A stretch of DNA of 64,000 bases from a virus (IMGVR_UViG_2660238657_000001:1-64000); one strand, 5' to 3'; shown: positions 18,801 through 29,857, numbered from the stretch's first letter. The notes: generated from the sequence alone by a model not told the origin. Made by a program: numbers and translations.

Positions 18801-19667
18801 TAATTGTAATCTTTCAATTTGAGGTATTATTTCAACATCTGATCCTCCAAATGTGTATAATTCCTCAAATTGTACGTTGGGTCCATCTTGAGAAAAAAAT
18901 CCCTCGCTAACTTGTGGACGAATCCTTTTATCAGATGGTATATTTATTCCATACAATTGATGCAAAGAATGTGTTAACTCATGCATTAAAGCTATTACTG
19001 GATCCATACAAAATATAGATTTGCCTAATACAGCTGAACTTTGATTAGATGTTACATCACTAAATGTTAACAAAAATTCAGGTGCTACTTTTAGTATAGA
19101 TAATGTTCCAAACCCTTCAAATGATGGATTTGATTGTTGTCCTTGCAATGTAAGGGATGCTGTATAGTCTAATATATTAGGAAGTGGTCCAAATATCAAT
19201 ACACTTGGTGTTATAATATTTGTTACTTTCCAACTACCATTTTCAAACTTTTCAACTGCAATATTAGTAGTATGACGTGTAAAATCAAATGTATCTTCAG
19301 GCGTACTTGAATCTCCCATAAAAGGTGAACCAACTACTAAATAATTTATTAATTTTTTTCCTATATCTCTTTCATTAATTCTTTTAAATAATTTTATAAT
19401 CCCTTTTAAAAATGTATCTTTTTGCTCATCAGTAGATAAATAACTAGGATCATAATAACTTTGATACTTTGAAGTAGGTCTAGGCGGTTTACTTAAACTT
19501 GGATTAGTATCTGATGAAAATCTTTCTGGTATTACCCAAATATTTTGAGTAATCATAAAAGCTTTTACAGGTGTAGTAATTAACTTATTTTGTGGTATTC
19601 TTAAATATAATATATCATTGTCATTAACAGGATCACTATAATTAAAATCTTTTACTGGCCATGTCAT
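15810..19667 (-). CDS. bont: Botulinum neurotoxin, D/C mosaic type (1285 aa; start corrected from 19700)
   Basis: Type D N-terminus MTWPVKDFNYSDPVND after an AGGAG RBS; HELTH zinc motif; type C-like binding domain ending YASLLESTSTHW.FVP.SE. Confidence 0.97.
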   Translation of the reverse strand: MTWPVKDFNYSDPVNDNDILYLRIPQNKLITTPVKAFMITQNIWVIPERFSSDTNPSLSKPPRPTSKYQSYYDPSYLSTDEQKDTFLKGIIKLFKRINERDIGKKLINYLVVGSPFMGDSSTPEDTFDFTRHTTNIAVEKFENGSWKVTNIITPSVLIFGPLPNILDYTASLTLQGQQSNPSFEGFGTLSILKVAPEFLLTFSDVTSNQSSAVLGKSIFCMDPVIALMHELTHSLHQLYGINIPSDKRIRPQVSEGFFSQDGPNVQFEELYTFGGSDVEIIPQIERLQLREKALGHYKDIAKRLNNINKTIPSSWSSNIDKYKKIFSEKYNFDKDNTGNFVVNIDKFNSLYSDLTNVMSEVVYSSQYNVKNRTHYFSKHYLPVFANILDDNIYTIINGFNLTTKGFNIENSGQNIERNPALQKLSSESVVDLFTKVCLRLTRNSRDDSTCIQVKNNTLPYVADKDSISQEIFESQIITDETNVENYSDNFSLDESILDAKVPTNPEAVDPLLPNVNMEPLNVPGEEEVFYDDITKDVDYLNSYYYLEAQKLSNNVENITLTTSVEEALGYSNKIYTFLPSLAEKVNKGVQAGLFLNWANEVVEDFTTNIMKKDTLDKISDVSAIIPYIGPALNIGNSALRGNFKQAFATAGVAFLLEGFPEFTIPALGVFTFYSSIQEREKIIKTIENCLEQRVKRWKDSYQWMVSNWLSRITTQFNHISYQMYDSLSYQADAIKAKIDLEYKKYSGSDKENIKSQVENLKNSLDVKISEAMNNINKFIRECSVTYLFKNMLPKVIDELNKFDLKTKTELINLIDSHNIILVGEVDRLKAKVNESFENTIPFNIFSYTNNSLLKDMINEYFNSINDSKILSLQNKKNTLMDTSGYNAEVRVEGNVQLNPIFPFDFKLGSSGDDRGKVIVTQNENIVYNAMYESFSISFWIRINKWVSNLPGYTIIDSVKNNSGWSIGIISNFLVFTLKQNENSEQDINFSYDISKNAAGYNKWFFVTITTNMMGNMMIYINGKLIDTIKVKELTGINFSKTITFQMNKIPNTGLITSDSDNINMWIRDFYIFAKELDDKDINILFNSLQYTNVVKDYWGNDLRYDKEYYMINVNYMNRYMSKKGNGIVFNTRKNNNDFNEGYKIIIKRIIGNTNDTRVRGENVLYFNTTIDNKQYSLGMYKPSRNLGTDLVPLGALDQPMDEIRKYGSFIIQPCNTFDYYASQLFLSSNATTNRIGILSIGSYSFKLGDDYWFNHEYLIPVIKIEHYASLLESTSTHWVFVPASE

Positions 19668-19681
19668 AATATTAACATCTC

Positions 19682-22600
19682 CTAACTTTTTAATATCCAC
19701 AAATGTGCGCCTTTAGGCACCTTGTTATTGTCATTACATATCATCCAATTATAATCTCCATCTCTAAGTGATAGGGAAAAATATTTATCATTATATGAAA
19801 ATGTTATACAATCAGGTCTAAATAAATCAGTATTAACTGTAATCTTTTTTGCATTATCTTTGGAACTTACTAATTGTATTCTATTATTTTCAGGAGATAT
19901 ATCTAAATATTTTTCTGTACCGTCTGATACACAAATTATACACTCATCCCACTTTTGTACATATCCTTTACTTTCATCTATATTTATTAATTTAAATTTA
20001 ACACTTGGAATATTAATACCATCTGTATTTTTTAGTGACAAATACGACTTATTATTATCATTAACTTCATATAAAGAAGTTTCGGGAAATACATAATTGT
20101 ATAATTGATAGTTTTTATTATATTCTAATAGTGATTTGGAACTATCTCTTATATATGAATTATCTAAATAACTAAAGTAATTTCTTATAACTTCTTCGCT
20201 TGCAACAGGCTTATCTAAAACAGATAATTCTTCTACATATATTGAATTATTCTTATTAACTAAAGATATTACATTAGTAGAATAAATATTTAGTATTTGC
20301 TCGATACTTACATTTGCAACATTTTTATCATTAATAAATATTAATAATTGATCTTTTAAACGATCAACTGATATTGATATATAGTACCAATTGTTATTTA
20401 TAACATTAGATAAATATACACTTTCTTGATTGCCGTTTGAATCTATTATTTCAAAAACTAATCCATTATCTTCAAAATAAATTTCCCAACCACAATTATT
20501 AACCTTATTTCCTATTAATCTAGTTTTATCATCATCTTTTCCTGTGAATCTTAACCAGAAACAAATTGTAAAATTATTAGTTAATCCATTTGTGAAGAAA
20601 TTATTAGAAAATTCAACCGTTTCATTAGGAGATTTTAGATATAATGATTCTCCATTTACACCATAAACTAATTCTACAGATTCTGTATATTGTATCAATG
20701 TATTTTTTCCAGAAATATCCTCGATTATATTACTATTTGGTCCTCTTGTTGCAAATAATAACAGTTGATAAGGAGATAACATTTCCTTCATTACTTGTTC
20801 AACTTGTGAATTAAAAAAGTTTTTAATAGCTTGTATATTTAAGAACTTGAAATCAATAGTTTTGAAAGTATAACTATTAATTAAAATCGACTTTTCATTG
20901 TCATTAATATTAGTACATCTTTGTATAAATTCTCTTGTCTTAATATTTATATTATTAATATACTTTTCCATATAAGAAATAAACTTAGGATATATATCCT
21001 CAACAAAAACACATATAGAAGCCTTATTTAAAAAATTATCTACACGATTCATTGATATTTGTGATTCGTTTGATAAATCTATAAATGTCTTCTCTGTAGT
21101 TTCCTTAATTAATTTTAATGTATCAGGTGGAATACTAGCTTTGGATAAATCAGTAAATTTATTTTGTATTATTTGTTTTACTACGCTTTCTTGAGCTAAT
21201 ATTGACTGTTTTGCCATACAAATTAATTCAAAATATTGACTATAATATTCAGTCCACCATTGATCTAAGAAATTAAAGTATATCTTCCTGAAATAAACTC
21301 TATTCTTAGAATATATTTCATATAATTTATTATTTAAATCTTTAAATGATAGTCCTAATAAACTATCTGGTATGTCATCAATTTCTATATTGGGTTCGCT
21401 TAGATTATCTTTTTTACTGATAAGAGAAATTGGACCTGAATTTTGATATTCTTCTACAAAAGAATTTGATGTATTTAATATATTTAAAGCTTTGCCAAAC
21501 CAAATAACAACTTCATTAATGCCACAGCTACTATCAATTTCTTGAGTAAGATTAATATCAAATGAATAGTTTTTAAAGACTTCTTTTAACCACAAATAAT
21601 ACTTTTTATCTGTATCAATAGGACCATCATTTTTTATAGTTTCTAAATAACTCATTAAATTATCTAAGAAAGAATATACTAATGACTTATCTTTAGAGGA
21701 AACAACTTTTGAAAAGTCTGAAGATAATGTGAAATTTTCATTAGTAATAATCTGAGCTTGAAGATAATTTACAGGTAAAGCAGTATGTGTAATAACTTCT
21801 TCAGTCGTACTCGTTATCTGTGTAAATAATAAGTCATCACTATTATCTTTATATGGGTTAATATCTATAATTTCTGGAATACTGTCTACTTCTTCTATAC
21901 TTATATTATTTAAAGGGAAATTATCCGAATCATTGAAACGATATTCATATTCTTCATTATATGGAATCTTATAAGTACTATAAAAATCTTCTGTAGTACC
22001 CTTTAATCCATCTCCATAAATATTACTTTTCATTAATGAAATATTATTTGCATTTACTAGATTTACTACTTTTTCAGGTTTACTTATTATATTTGTATTT
22101 TTATCAGATAAAGGTAACTTAGTATTAATTTGACCATTAACAAAACCATTTATATTATAATTATCACCATAATCCATTGTATAATACTGTTTTCTATAAA
22201 AATGTTTAAGTGCGTTACTAAATCTGTCTGGTATTATGCTATTAAATTCCTTAGAAAAATAATTTAAGTTTAAATTCCATATATCCTGAACACTATTTTG
22301 AAATTTTTGTTTTAGACGTAATTTTATATCATTTCCAATAGCATTATTCCCTTCAATTTCAGTTTCATAAATATTTTTATATTTTTCAAACATTTTTATT
22401 GAATTTGAGAAATAACTATTTGTAAACCAATATGGATTTGTATTTATAAACTCAAGGTCAACCCCTCCAGATATTAACAAATCAATTATATTTAGTTGAG
22501 AAAATTGCTTATTATCTAGTTCTGTTCTTAATCTATATGGAACTACTAAATCATCACTAGGTTTTATTCCATATAAAAAATAAAGAGATTTTATTAAGCA

Positions 22601-23272
22601 TTTAGTTAGCTCCATTGCAGGATCTATATAAAATTTATTATATTTATAAGTTAATAGTGGTTGAAATAATATTTCAGCCATTGTTCCCATACCATTCTCA
22701 GCATCATTCTTTTTATAGCATATAACATTATTTTCCACTATATTCGATCCTGGACCAAAAATAACTATATTAGATGCATAAAAATTTTTATTATTTTGAG
22801 ATTCAATATAATTTGTCTCTCTATATCCCCCGAAAGGAAATGGAATAGTACTTGTAACTAACGAATTTAGTTTTTTATTAGATTTTGGTGTTTTTCCAAA
22901 AGTAAATATATTTGGTGAAGAATATCCTCCTCCTACATATCCATAAGGAAATGGAATTGCTGTAGAAATTAAGGATAACAATTGTTTACCAGAAATAGTA
23001 TTATTTATTCTCTTCAATAAAGTTATAATAGCTTGTAAAAAATTTTCCCTTTCACTATCTTGTGAAAGAAAATTAGAATCATATATTCCTCCATCAAGTT
23101 TATATTCTTCAGCAATATCTAAAGGTTCTCCATAATATCTTTCTGGAGCTACCCAAATATTAGGAGCAACTTTAAAAGCTTTGAAAAAAGTATTAGTTTT
23201 TCTAGCCCTAACTATTACAACATTTTTATTATCCACTGGAGAATTTATATTTAAGTCGTCGTTTATATCCAT
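19682..23272 (-). CDS. ntnh: Non-toxic non-haemagglutinin protein
   Basis: MDINDDLNINSPVDNKNV, APNIWVAPERY; 1196 aa directly upstream of bont. Confidence 0.97.
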   Translation of the reverse strand: MDINDDLNINSPVDNKNVVIVRARKTNTFFKAFKVAPNIWVAPERYYGEPLDIAEEYKLDGGIYDSNFLSQDSERENFLQAIITLLKRINNTISGKQLLSLISTAIPFPYGYVGGGYSSPNIFTFGKTPKSNKKLNSLVTSTIPFPFGGYRETNYIESQNNKNFYASNIVIFGPGSNIVENNVICYKKNDAENGMGTMAEILFQPLLTYKYNKFYIDPAMELTKCLIKSLYFLYGIKPSDDLVVPYRLRTELDNKQFSQLNIIDLLISGGVDLEFINTNPYWFTNSYFSNSIKMFEKYKNIYETEIEGNNAIGNDIKLRLKQKFQNSVQDIWNLNLNYFSKEFNSIIPDRFSNALKHFYRKQYYTMDYGDNYNINGFVNGQINTKLPLSDKNTNIISKPEKVVNLVNANNISLMKSNIYGDGLKGTTEDFYSTYKIPYNEEYEYRFNDSDNFPLNNISIEEVDSIPEIIDINPYKDNSDDLLFTQITSTTEEVITHTALPVNYLQAQIITNENFTLSSDFSKVVSSKDKSLVYSFLDNLMSYLETIKNDGPIDTDKKYYLWLKEVFKNYSFDINLTQEIDSSCGINEVVIWFGKALNILNTSNSFVEEYQNSGPISLISKKDNLSEPNIEIDDIPDSLLGLSFKDLNNKLYEIYSKNRVYFRKIYFNFLDQWWTEYYSQYFELICMAKQSILAQESVVKQIIQNKFTDLSKASIPPDTLKLIKETTEKTFIDLSNESQISMNRVDNFLNKASICVFVEDIYPKFISYMEKYINNINIKTREFIQRCTNINDNEKSILINSYTFKTIDFKFLNIQAIKNFFNSQVEQVMKEMLSPYQLLLFATRGPNSNIIEDISGKNTLIQYTESVELVYGVNGESLYLKSPNETVEFSNNFFTNGLTNNFTICFWLRFTGKDDDKTRLIGNKVNNCGWEIYFEDNGLVFEIIDSNGNQESVYLSNVINNNWYYISISVDRLKDQLLIFINDKNVANVSIEQILNIYSTNVISLVNKNNSIYVEELSVLDKPVASEEVIRNYFSYLDNSYIRDSSKSLLEYNKNYQLYNYVFPETSLYEVNDNNKSYLSLKNTDGINIPSVKFKLINIDESKGYVQKWDECIICVSDGTEKYLDISPENNRIQLVSSKDNAKKITVNTDLFRPDCITFSYNDKYFSLSLRDGDYNWMICNDNNKVPKGAHLWILKS

Positions 23273-23378
23273 ATATAATCACTCTCCTCTATTATTTTTA
23301 TAAATTCATTTAGTTGTTTACATTTTATATACCTCCTTCATTTAAAAATAATTTTTTATATTGTTTCTATCACTTATA

Positions 23379-23407
23379 TATAACATTTCTTCATCGTTTT
23401 TTGTAAA
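23379..23407 (-). promoter_or_regulatory. BotR-dependent promoter of ntnh-bont
   Basis: TTTACA-N17-GTTATA, the BotR/TetR consensus. Confidence 0.85.
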
Positions 23408-23464
23408 CCTAAAATATAAAAATATATAAATCATTTAAAAAAATAAATATATTATAATTTTAGG

Positions 23465-23493
23465 TTTACAAAATTCGGCTTAAATATGTTATA
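23465..23493 (+). promoter_or_regulatory. BotR-dependent promoter of the ha operon
   Basis: TTTACA-N17-GTTATA. Confidence 0.85.
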
Positions 23494-23534
23494 TGTAAGT
23501 GAAAGACAAAAATGTAAATAGGGGAGGAATTAAT

Positions 23535-24395
23535 ATGTCTCAAACAAATGCAAATGATTTAAGAAATAATGAAGTGTTTTTTATTAGTCCTTCAAATAGC
23601 ACAAATAAAGTTTTAGACAAGATTTCACAAAGCGAAGTTAAACTATGGAGTAAAAACTTAGGATCAAATCAAAAATGGAGATTAATTTATGACACTAATA
23701 AACAAGCTTATAAAATAAAAGTTATGGATAATACATCTCTTATCTTAACATGGGACGCACCATTATCTTCTGTATCAGTAAAAACCGATACAAATACAAA
23801 TAACCAATATTGGTATTTGCTTCAGGACTATATTTCTAGGAATGTAATTCTAAGAAACTATATGAATCCAAATTTAGTTTTACAATATAATACAGACGAT
23901 ACTTTAATAGTTTCTACACAAACAAACTCTAACAATCAGTTTTTTAAATTCTCTAATTGTATATATGAAGCATTGAATAATCGTAATTGTAAATTACAAA
24001 CGCAATTAAATTCTGATAGATTTTTATCTAAAAATTTGAATAGTCAAATAATTGTTTTATGGCAATGGTTTGATTCATCTCGTCAAAAATGGACTATTGA
24101 GTATAATGAAACTAAATCGGCATATACACTTAAATGTCAAGAGAATAATAGATATTTAACATGGATTCAAAATTCAAACAATTATGTAGAAACTTATCAA
24201 TCTACTGATTCATTAATACAATATTGGAATATAAATTATCTAGACAACGATGCAAGTAAATATATACTTTATAATTTACAAGATACAAACAGAGTATTAG
24301 ATGTATATAATAGTCAAACAGCAAATGGAACTCATGTTATAGTAGATTCTTACCATGGAAATACCAATCAACAATGGATTATAAATTTAATATAA
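23535..24395 (+). CDS. ha33: Haemagglutinin HA33 (286 aa; start corrected from 23499)
   Basis: [16 protein letters not shown] after a GGAGG RBS; ricin-type QxW repeats. Confidence 0.95.
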   Translation: MSQTNANDLRNNEVFFISPSNSTNKVLDKISQSEVKLWSKNLGSNQKWRLIYDTNKQAYKIKVMDNTSLILTWDAPLSSVSVKTDTNTNNQYWYLLQDYISRNVILRNYMNPNLVLQYNTDDTLIVSTQTNSNNQFFKFSNCIYEALNNRNCKLQTQLNSDRFLSKNLNSQIIVLWQWFDSSRQKWTIEYNETKSAYTLKCQENNRYLTWIQNSNNYVETYQSTDSLIQYWNINYLDNDASKYILYNLQDTNRVLDVYNSQTANGTHVIVDSYHGNTNQQWIINLI

Positions 24396-24456
24396 AATAT
24401 TATTTGTATTAAATTTATTTAACTTAAAAATATTTAACTTAAAAGAGGTGAATTAT

Positions 24457-24897
24457 ATGTCAAGTGAAAGAACCTTTTTACCTAATGGTAATTATAAAAT
24501 AAAATCTTTATTTTCCGATTCCTTGTATCTAACTTATTCATCAGGATCATTATCATTTTTAAATACATCTTCTTTGGATAATCAAAAGTGGAAGTTAGAA
24601 TATATATCCTCAAGTAATGGTTTTAGGTTTTCTAATGTAGCAGAGCCTAATAAATATTTAGCTTATAATGATTATGGTTTCATTTATTTAAGTTCATCAT
24701 CTAATAATAGTTTATGGAATCCTATTAAAATTGCTATAAATTCTTATATCATATGTACTCTTAGTATAGTAAATGTAACAGATTACGCATGGACTATTTA
24801 TGATAACAATAATAATATTACAGATCAACCTATTTTAAACTTACCTAATTTCGATATAAATAATTCTAATCAAATTTTAAAATTAGAAAAACTTTAA
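24457..24897 (+). CDS. ha17: Haemagglutinin HA17
   Basis: [17 protein letters not shown] after a GAGGTG RBS; position in the operon. Confidence 0.95.
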   Translation: MSSERTFLPNGNYKIKSLFSDSLYLTYSSGSLSFLNTSSLDNQKWKLEYISSSNGFRFSNVAEPNKYLAYNDYGFIYLSSSSNNSLWNPIKIAINSYIICTLSIVNVTDYAWTIYDNNNNITDQPILNLPNFDINNSNQILKLEKL

Positions 24898-24910
24898 AGG
24901 GGAAGATATT

Positions 24911-26782
24911 ATGAGTTTATCTATAAAAGAACTTTATTATACCAAAGATAAATCTATAAATAATGTTAATTTAGCTGATGGTAACTATGTAGTTAATAGA
25001 GGCGATGGCTGGATACTATCTAGACAAAACCAAAACCTTGGTGGAAATATAAGTAATAATGGTTGTACAGCAATAGTTGGGGATTTACGTATAAGAGAAA
25101 CTGCCACACCATATTATTATCCTACAGCATCTTTTAATGAAGAATATATTAGAAATAATGTACAAAATGTATTTGCTAATTTTACTGAAGCTTCTGAAAT
25201 TCCAATAGGATTTGAATTTAGTAAAACTGCTCCCTCAAATAAAGGTTTATATATGTATTTACAATATACTTATATAAGATATGAAATAATAAAAGTTTTA
25301 CGAAATACTGTTATTGAAAGAGCTGTTCTGTATGTACCCTCTCTTGGATATGCAAAATCAATAGAATTTAATTCTGGAGAACAAATAGATAAAAACTTTT
25401 ATTTTACAAGTGAAGATAAGTGTATATTAAACGAAAAATTCATCTATAAAAAAATTGCTGAGACTACTACAGCTAAAGAATCAAACGATTCAAATAATAC
25501 TACAAATTTAAATACATCACAAACAATACTTCCTTATCCTAATGGATTGTATGTTATTAATAAAGGCGATGGATACATGAGAACAAATGACAAAGACTTA
25601 ATAGGAACATTATTAATTGAGACAAATACATCTGGTAGCATTATACAGCCACGTCTGAGAAACACCACCAGACCATTATTTAATACTAGTAATCCTACAC
25701 TTTTCTCTCAAGAATATACGGAAGCAAGACTTAACGATGCTTTTAATATACAATTATTTAATACCTCAACCACATTATTTAAATTTGTAGAAGAAGCTCC
25801 TGATAATAAAAATATATCTATGAAAGCTTATAATACTTATGAAAAATATGAACTAATAAACTATCAAAATGGAAATATTGCTGATAAAGCCGAATATTAC
25901 CTTCCTTCTTTAGGAAAGTGTGAAGTAAGTGATGCTCCTTCACCACAAGCACCAGTAGTTGAAACTCCAGTAGAACAAGATGGATTTATACAAACTGGAC
26001 CTAATGAAAATATTATAGTAGGTGTTATAAACCCTTCTGAAAATATAGAAGAAATAAGCACTCCTATTCCAGATGACTACACATATAACATTCCAACTTC
26101 CATACAAAATAATGCATGTTATGTACTATTTACGGTAAACACAACAGGTGTATATAAAATCAATGCTCAAAACAATTTACCACCACTAATAATATACGAA
26201 TCTATAGGATCAGATAATATGAACATACAATCCAATACTTTATCTAATAATAATATTAAAGCAATAAATTATATTACTGGAACAGATAGTTCTAATGCAG
26301 AAAGTTACTTAATTGTTTCTTTAATTAAAAATAAAAATTATTATATTAGAATACCACAAATATCTTCTAGTACTACAAATCAACTAATTTTTAAGAGGGA
26401 ATTGGGTAATATATCAGATTTAGCAAATTCTACAGTTAATATATTAGATAATCTTAATACTTCAGGCACACACTACTATACTCGTCAAAGTCCTGATGTT
26501 GGTAACTATATTTCTTATCAACTTACAATTCCTGGAGATTTTAATAATATAGCTTCATCTATTTTTTCATTTAGAACTAGAAATAATCAAGGTATAGGAA
26601 CTTTGTATAGATTGACTGAAAGCATTAATGGTTATAACCTCATTACAATAAAGAATTATTCAGACTTATTAAATAATGTTGAACCAATATCATTATTGAA
26701 TGGTGCAACTTATATATTTAGAGTTAAGGTTACAGAATTAAATAATTATAATATAATTTTTGATGCATATCGTAATAGTTAA
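24911..26782 (+). CDS. ha70: Haemagglutinin HA70
   Basis: [21 protein letters not shown]; 623 aa. Confidence 0.95.
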   Translation: MSLSIKELYYTKDKSINNVNLADGNYVVNRGDGWILSRQNQNLGGNISNNGCTAIVGDLRIRETATPYYYPTASFNEEYIRNNVQNVFANFTEASEIPIGFEFSKTAPSNKGLYMYLQYTYIRYEIIKVLRNTVIERAVLYVPSLGYAKSIEFNSGEQIDKNFYFTSEDKCILNEKFIYKKIAETTTAKESNDSNNTTNLNTSQTILPYPNGLYVINKGDGYMRTNDKDLIGTLLIETNTSGSIIQPRLRNTTRPLFNTSNPTLFSQEYTEARLNDAFNIQLFNTSTTLFKFVEEAPDNKNISMKAYNTYEKYELINYQNGNIADKAEYYLPSLGKCEVSDAPSPQAPVVETPVEQDGFIQTGPNENIIVGVINPSENIEEISTPIPDDYTYNIPTSIQNNACYVLFTVNTTGVYKINAQNNLPPLIIYESIGSDNMNIQSNTLSNNNIKAINYITGTDSSNAESYLIVSLIKNKNYYIRIPQISSSTTNQLIFKRELGNISDLANSTVNILDNLNTSGTHYYTRQSPDVGNYISYQLTIPGDFNNIASSIFSFRTRNNQGIGTLYRLTESINGYNLITIKNYSDLLNNVEPISLLNGATYIFRVKVTELNNYNIIFDAYRNS

Positions 26783-26797
26783 TATTTATAATTAAAC

Positions 26798-26838
26798 AAA
26801 TAAGATAATGCCTATATAATATAGACATTATCTTATTT
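26798..26838. terminator. Bidirectional terminator between ha70 and botR
   Basis: AAATAAGATAATG...CATTATCTTATTT long stem between convergent genes. Confidence 0.75.
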
Positions 26839-26857
26839 ACGTAAATATAAATATTAA

Positions 26858-27397
26858 TCAAATATTAACTAATTGCATTACTATAGGATACAACTTTTTT
26901 AAAGACTTAATTCTAATCTTATATATAAATTGACGACTTAAATGAAGTCTTCTAGCTATTTCATTATCTTTTCTACATTCAAAAAATTTCATATATATAA
27001 TTTGCTTTTCCTTGTAATTTAATATGGATATTAAATCTAAAAACTCAAAATCCTCACAATATAAAGAATAAACATTTACAGCTTCCAATTTTTTATATGT
27101 TGCTTCCGAATTATATATAATTTTCTTATCTCTATTTTTTTTCTTACAAATATTTATACAATATCTTTTTATACTTGTACTAATATATTTTCTTAAATCT
27201 AATTCAGAATTAAAATTCTTTAAGTTAATTTCAATAAGTTCTTTCCATAAATGATAGAGTATATCATTATAATAATCATAATATAAATTATACTTTTTAG
27301 AAGTTTTTTCAATATATTTTTTTAGAGACATTTCAATAAAGTCAAAGTGCTGATTATCATGCTTTAAATTTTCTATAGCATAAAATAAATCATTCAT
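26858..27397 (-). CDS. botR: BotR alternative sigma factor
   Basis: MNDLFYAIENLK, 179 aa, C-terminal HTH EIARRLHLSRQ; group III position next to ha70. Confidence 0.95.
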   Translation of the reverse strand: MNDLFYAIENLKHDNQHFDFIEMSLKKYIEKTSKKYNLYYDYYNDILYHLWKELIEINLKNFNSELDLRKYISTSIKRYCINICKKKNRDKKIIYNSEATYKKLEAVNVYSLYCEDFEFLDLISILNYKEKQIIYMKFFECRKDNEIARRLHLSRQFIYKIRIKSLKKLYPIVMQLVNI

Positions 27398-27647
27398 ATT
27401 AACATCCCCTTTTAATACATTTTACATGATTATAACTTACTTGTAACAATATGTAAATAACTTCTCTATAATATTAATTAATTATTTATTAATATTAATT
27501 ATTTATTAATATAATTTATTCATTTTAATTAAGTAATTAATTTTAAGCTTCTTAAAAGTAAAGTTTTAATAATTATTCACATATAATTATTAAGATAAAA
27601 ATAATAATATGTAAATATTGCTTTTAAAAGCCATTTATTAGATATAA

Positions 27648-27665
27648 ATAAAATTAACATTTTAT
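27648..27665. repeat. ATAAAA-N6-TTTTAT dyad
   Basis: ATAAAA TTAACA TTTTAT between botR and the nuclease gene. Confidence 0.6.
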
Positions 27666-27716
27666 GTAGCTTTTAATTTAATTATATTTTGTTAATATCA
27701 AGAATAAGCATTAAGC

Positions 27717-29033
27717 CTACTCTTGATAAGATAAAGCATATTGAGCATTATCATCTACTATATTAACCTTTTGTTCCAATCTGACAACATATGAAGCAAA
27801 TTCAATGCTATTATTCTTAGAGTTATTATTAAGTTTAAAAGCTCCTATAATATTTTTTATAGTATCTTTTTGTTCATTTGTTAGCTCATCAATAATTAGT
27901 ACAATTTTTATACTATTTTCAAATGCTTGTTTAAGTATCTCATTAAATCTTAGTGCAATTTGCATTTCATTTATATCAGGATATAATTCTTTTATCCATT
28001 TTGAAGTCCTCTTAGTCAATTCATCATCATTATAGATATAATTACTTATCTTACTAACCCATGATTTTATAGTATTCTCTCTAATTTTATAATCAGTAAC
28101 TATACTAAATGTTGAAGCAAATCTCATTAATTGAGGTATGATATGACAATTTAAATAATCTGATTTTTGTCTTATAGAAGTCTTTTGCTGTCCATAACAT
28201 TCATATTCAATAAGACTAATTTGCAAAGGTACAGAGTCGTCCTTATTATACGTAATTAATAATGCATCTGGAATACCACTTATACCATTAATGGTTGTCC
28301 CATTATCATCCTTAATAGTAGCTGTACTAAATTTCCTATTATCAGATATAAGTATAGAATTATCAACACTATATTTAGTAAATAAATTATAAAAGTGTTT
28401 AGTAACTAATGTTTCTAATCCTTGTACTTCATGTTGTTCACTAATGAAGTTAATAGTTTGAAAAGTCCCCATTATATCTAACTGAGTATTTTGTTGAGTT
28501 GGTACAATATTGGTTTGATTTGATATTTTATTATCCTTGTCTTTTTCCTGTACTGTAGATGATATTTCTTGTTTAACGTCATTGCATATATTATCTTCTT
28601 TTTTCTTTTTAGATTTTCTTAACTCATCTTCTTTAAATATGTACATTGAGTCACGTTTATTCTCCTCGAATGTTGAATTTAATAAATCGATAGCTTCTTG
28701 CTCTTTTATTTCCTTAGAGCCTAGCATAAACTTAAACCCCCATTTTTCAGGGTCTACTTGTTTTAAAATTTCTACTTGAAAGGGTTTGCAAAACTCTATA
28801 TTTGTTATATTAAAACATATTTTATATTTATTAAAATCTTTCCAAGGTTTATAATTTGTTTTTTCAGATATTATTACTCTTGCTCCACATATAGCCGCTT
28901 TATTTATTTTTACTACCAAGAAAATAATATCTTCTTTATCGCCTATATTTTTAGTAAAGCCTATTGTTTTTTCTTTCATACATGTATAATAATTTTCTAA
29001 AGACTCTCCACAATGTAATATCCTATATGCCAT
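27717..29033 (-). CDS. Putative endonuclease: N-terminal EVE/PUA-like domain, linker, PD-(D/E)XK-like domain
   Basis: N-terminal GD..F.V...icG....PW...y pattern; GIPDALL...LIEYEC; IIDE near the C-terminus; own TGTATAAT -10-like element. Confidence 0.55.
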   Translation of the reverse strand: MAYRILHCGESLENYYTCMKEKTIGFTKNIGDKEDIIFLVVKINKAAICGARVIISEKTNYKPWKDFNKYKICFNITNIEFCKPFQVEILKQVDPEKWGFKFMLGSKEIKEQEAIDLLNSTFEENKRDSMYIFKEDELRKSKKKKEDNICNDVKQEISSTVQEKDKDNKISNQTNIVPTQQNTQLDIMGTFQTINFISEQHEVQGLETLVTKHFYNLFTKYSVDNSILISDNRKFSTATIKDDNGTTINGISGIPDALLITYNKDDSVPLQISLIEYECYGQQKTSIRQKSDYLNCHIIPQLMRFASTFSIVTDYKIRENTIKSWVSKISNYIYNDDELTKRTSKWIKELYPDINEMQIALRFNEILKQAFENSIKIVLIIDELTNEQKDTIKNIIGAFKLNNNSKNNSIEFASYVVRLEQKVNIVDDNAQYALSYQE

Positions 29034-29115
29034 ATAGTGTTCTCCTTAAATTTCATGATATAGCTTTATTATACATAATTTAAAAGAAATATTATATAGT
29101 TATTTTATGTATTAG

Positions 29116-29811
29116 TTATCCAATTCTTTTGTTTGCGATATTATAATATGTATTATCTAATTCGAATCCAATATAATCTCTATGTAGATTTTCACAAGCT
29201 ATTGCAGTTGTTCCCGACCCTATGAATGGATCTAAGACAACATTATTTTCATTAGTTAATCTTTCTATTATCCATTGCATAACAGCTATTGGTTTTTGAG
29301 TTGGGTGAGAACCTAGTTTCTTTTCTCCTTGTGGAGTTACACCACATTTTACTTCCGGTCTTTCATATGATTCATCTTTTCTATTAAATGTCCATTTTCC
29401 ACCTTTTTTTACTGCCCATACTGCAACCTCATAGTCAGTTATAAATCTTCTATCTCTATTCCTTGGCATAGGATTTGTCTTTTCCCATCTAATAAGATCT
29501 TTAATTATAAATCCATTATCTTCTAATGATTTTGTAATATCAGTCATGTTTTTCCAATCATTAAATATAATAATATTCCCACCTTTTTTAAGCAATGGTT
29601 CTGAAATCTTAATCCAACTTGTCAAGTTAAAATCTTTATCCCAGTTTCCAAAATTTATTCCTGCTCTCCCCATAGTTTTAAAGTTATTATCTCTTGATAT
29701 ATTGTATGGCGGGTCTGTAATTATCGCATCCACTTTTATTCCTTGCTTCATCATTAAATCCATTCCTTCTAAACAATCCATGTTATAAATTTTATTTATT
29801 TCTATATCCAT
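29116..29811 (-). CDS. DNA amino-methyltransferase (N6A/N4C, beta class)
   Basis: DPPY precedes HPTQKP and DPFIGSGTT; likely start MDIEINK at 29811 after an AGAGG RBS. Confidence 0.92.
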   Translation of the reverse strand: MDIEINKIYNMDCLEGMDLMMKQGIKVDAIITDPPYNISRDNNFKTMGRAGINFGNWDKDFNLTSWIKISEPLLKKGGNIIIFNDWKNMTDITKSLEDNGFIIKDLIRWEKTNPMPRNRDRRFITDYEVAVWAVKKGGKWTFNRKDESYERPEVKCGVTPQGEKKLGSHPTQKPIAVMQWIIERLTNENNVVLDPFIGSGTTAIACENLHRDYIGFELDNTYYNIANKRIG

Positions 29812-29857
29812 ATGTTGGCCTCTTTCTTTTTTATATTTTAATTTACTTTTACTTACC

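Noticed and set aside
19668-19700. 11-aa N-terminal extension of the neurotoxin in the ORF track
   Set aside because: Artefact of longest-ORF calling; the AGGAG RBS precedes ATG 19667. The extensions on ha33, ha17 and the methylase are rejected for the same reason.
27431-27457. BotR-type promoter (TTTACA...GTTATA) upstream of botR
   Set aside because: Both hexamers are present but the spacer is 15 bp rather than 17; not confident enough to call.
27465-27545. Palindromic AT-only stretch upstream of botR
   Set aside because: Low-complexity A/T sequence in which inverted repeats are expected by chance.
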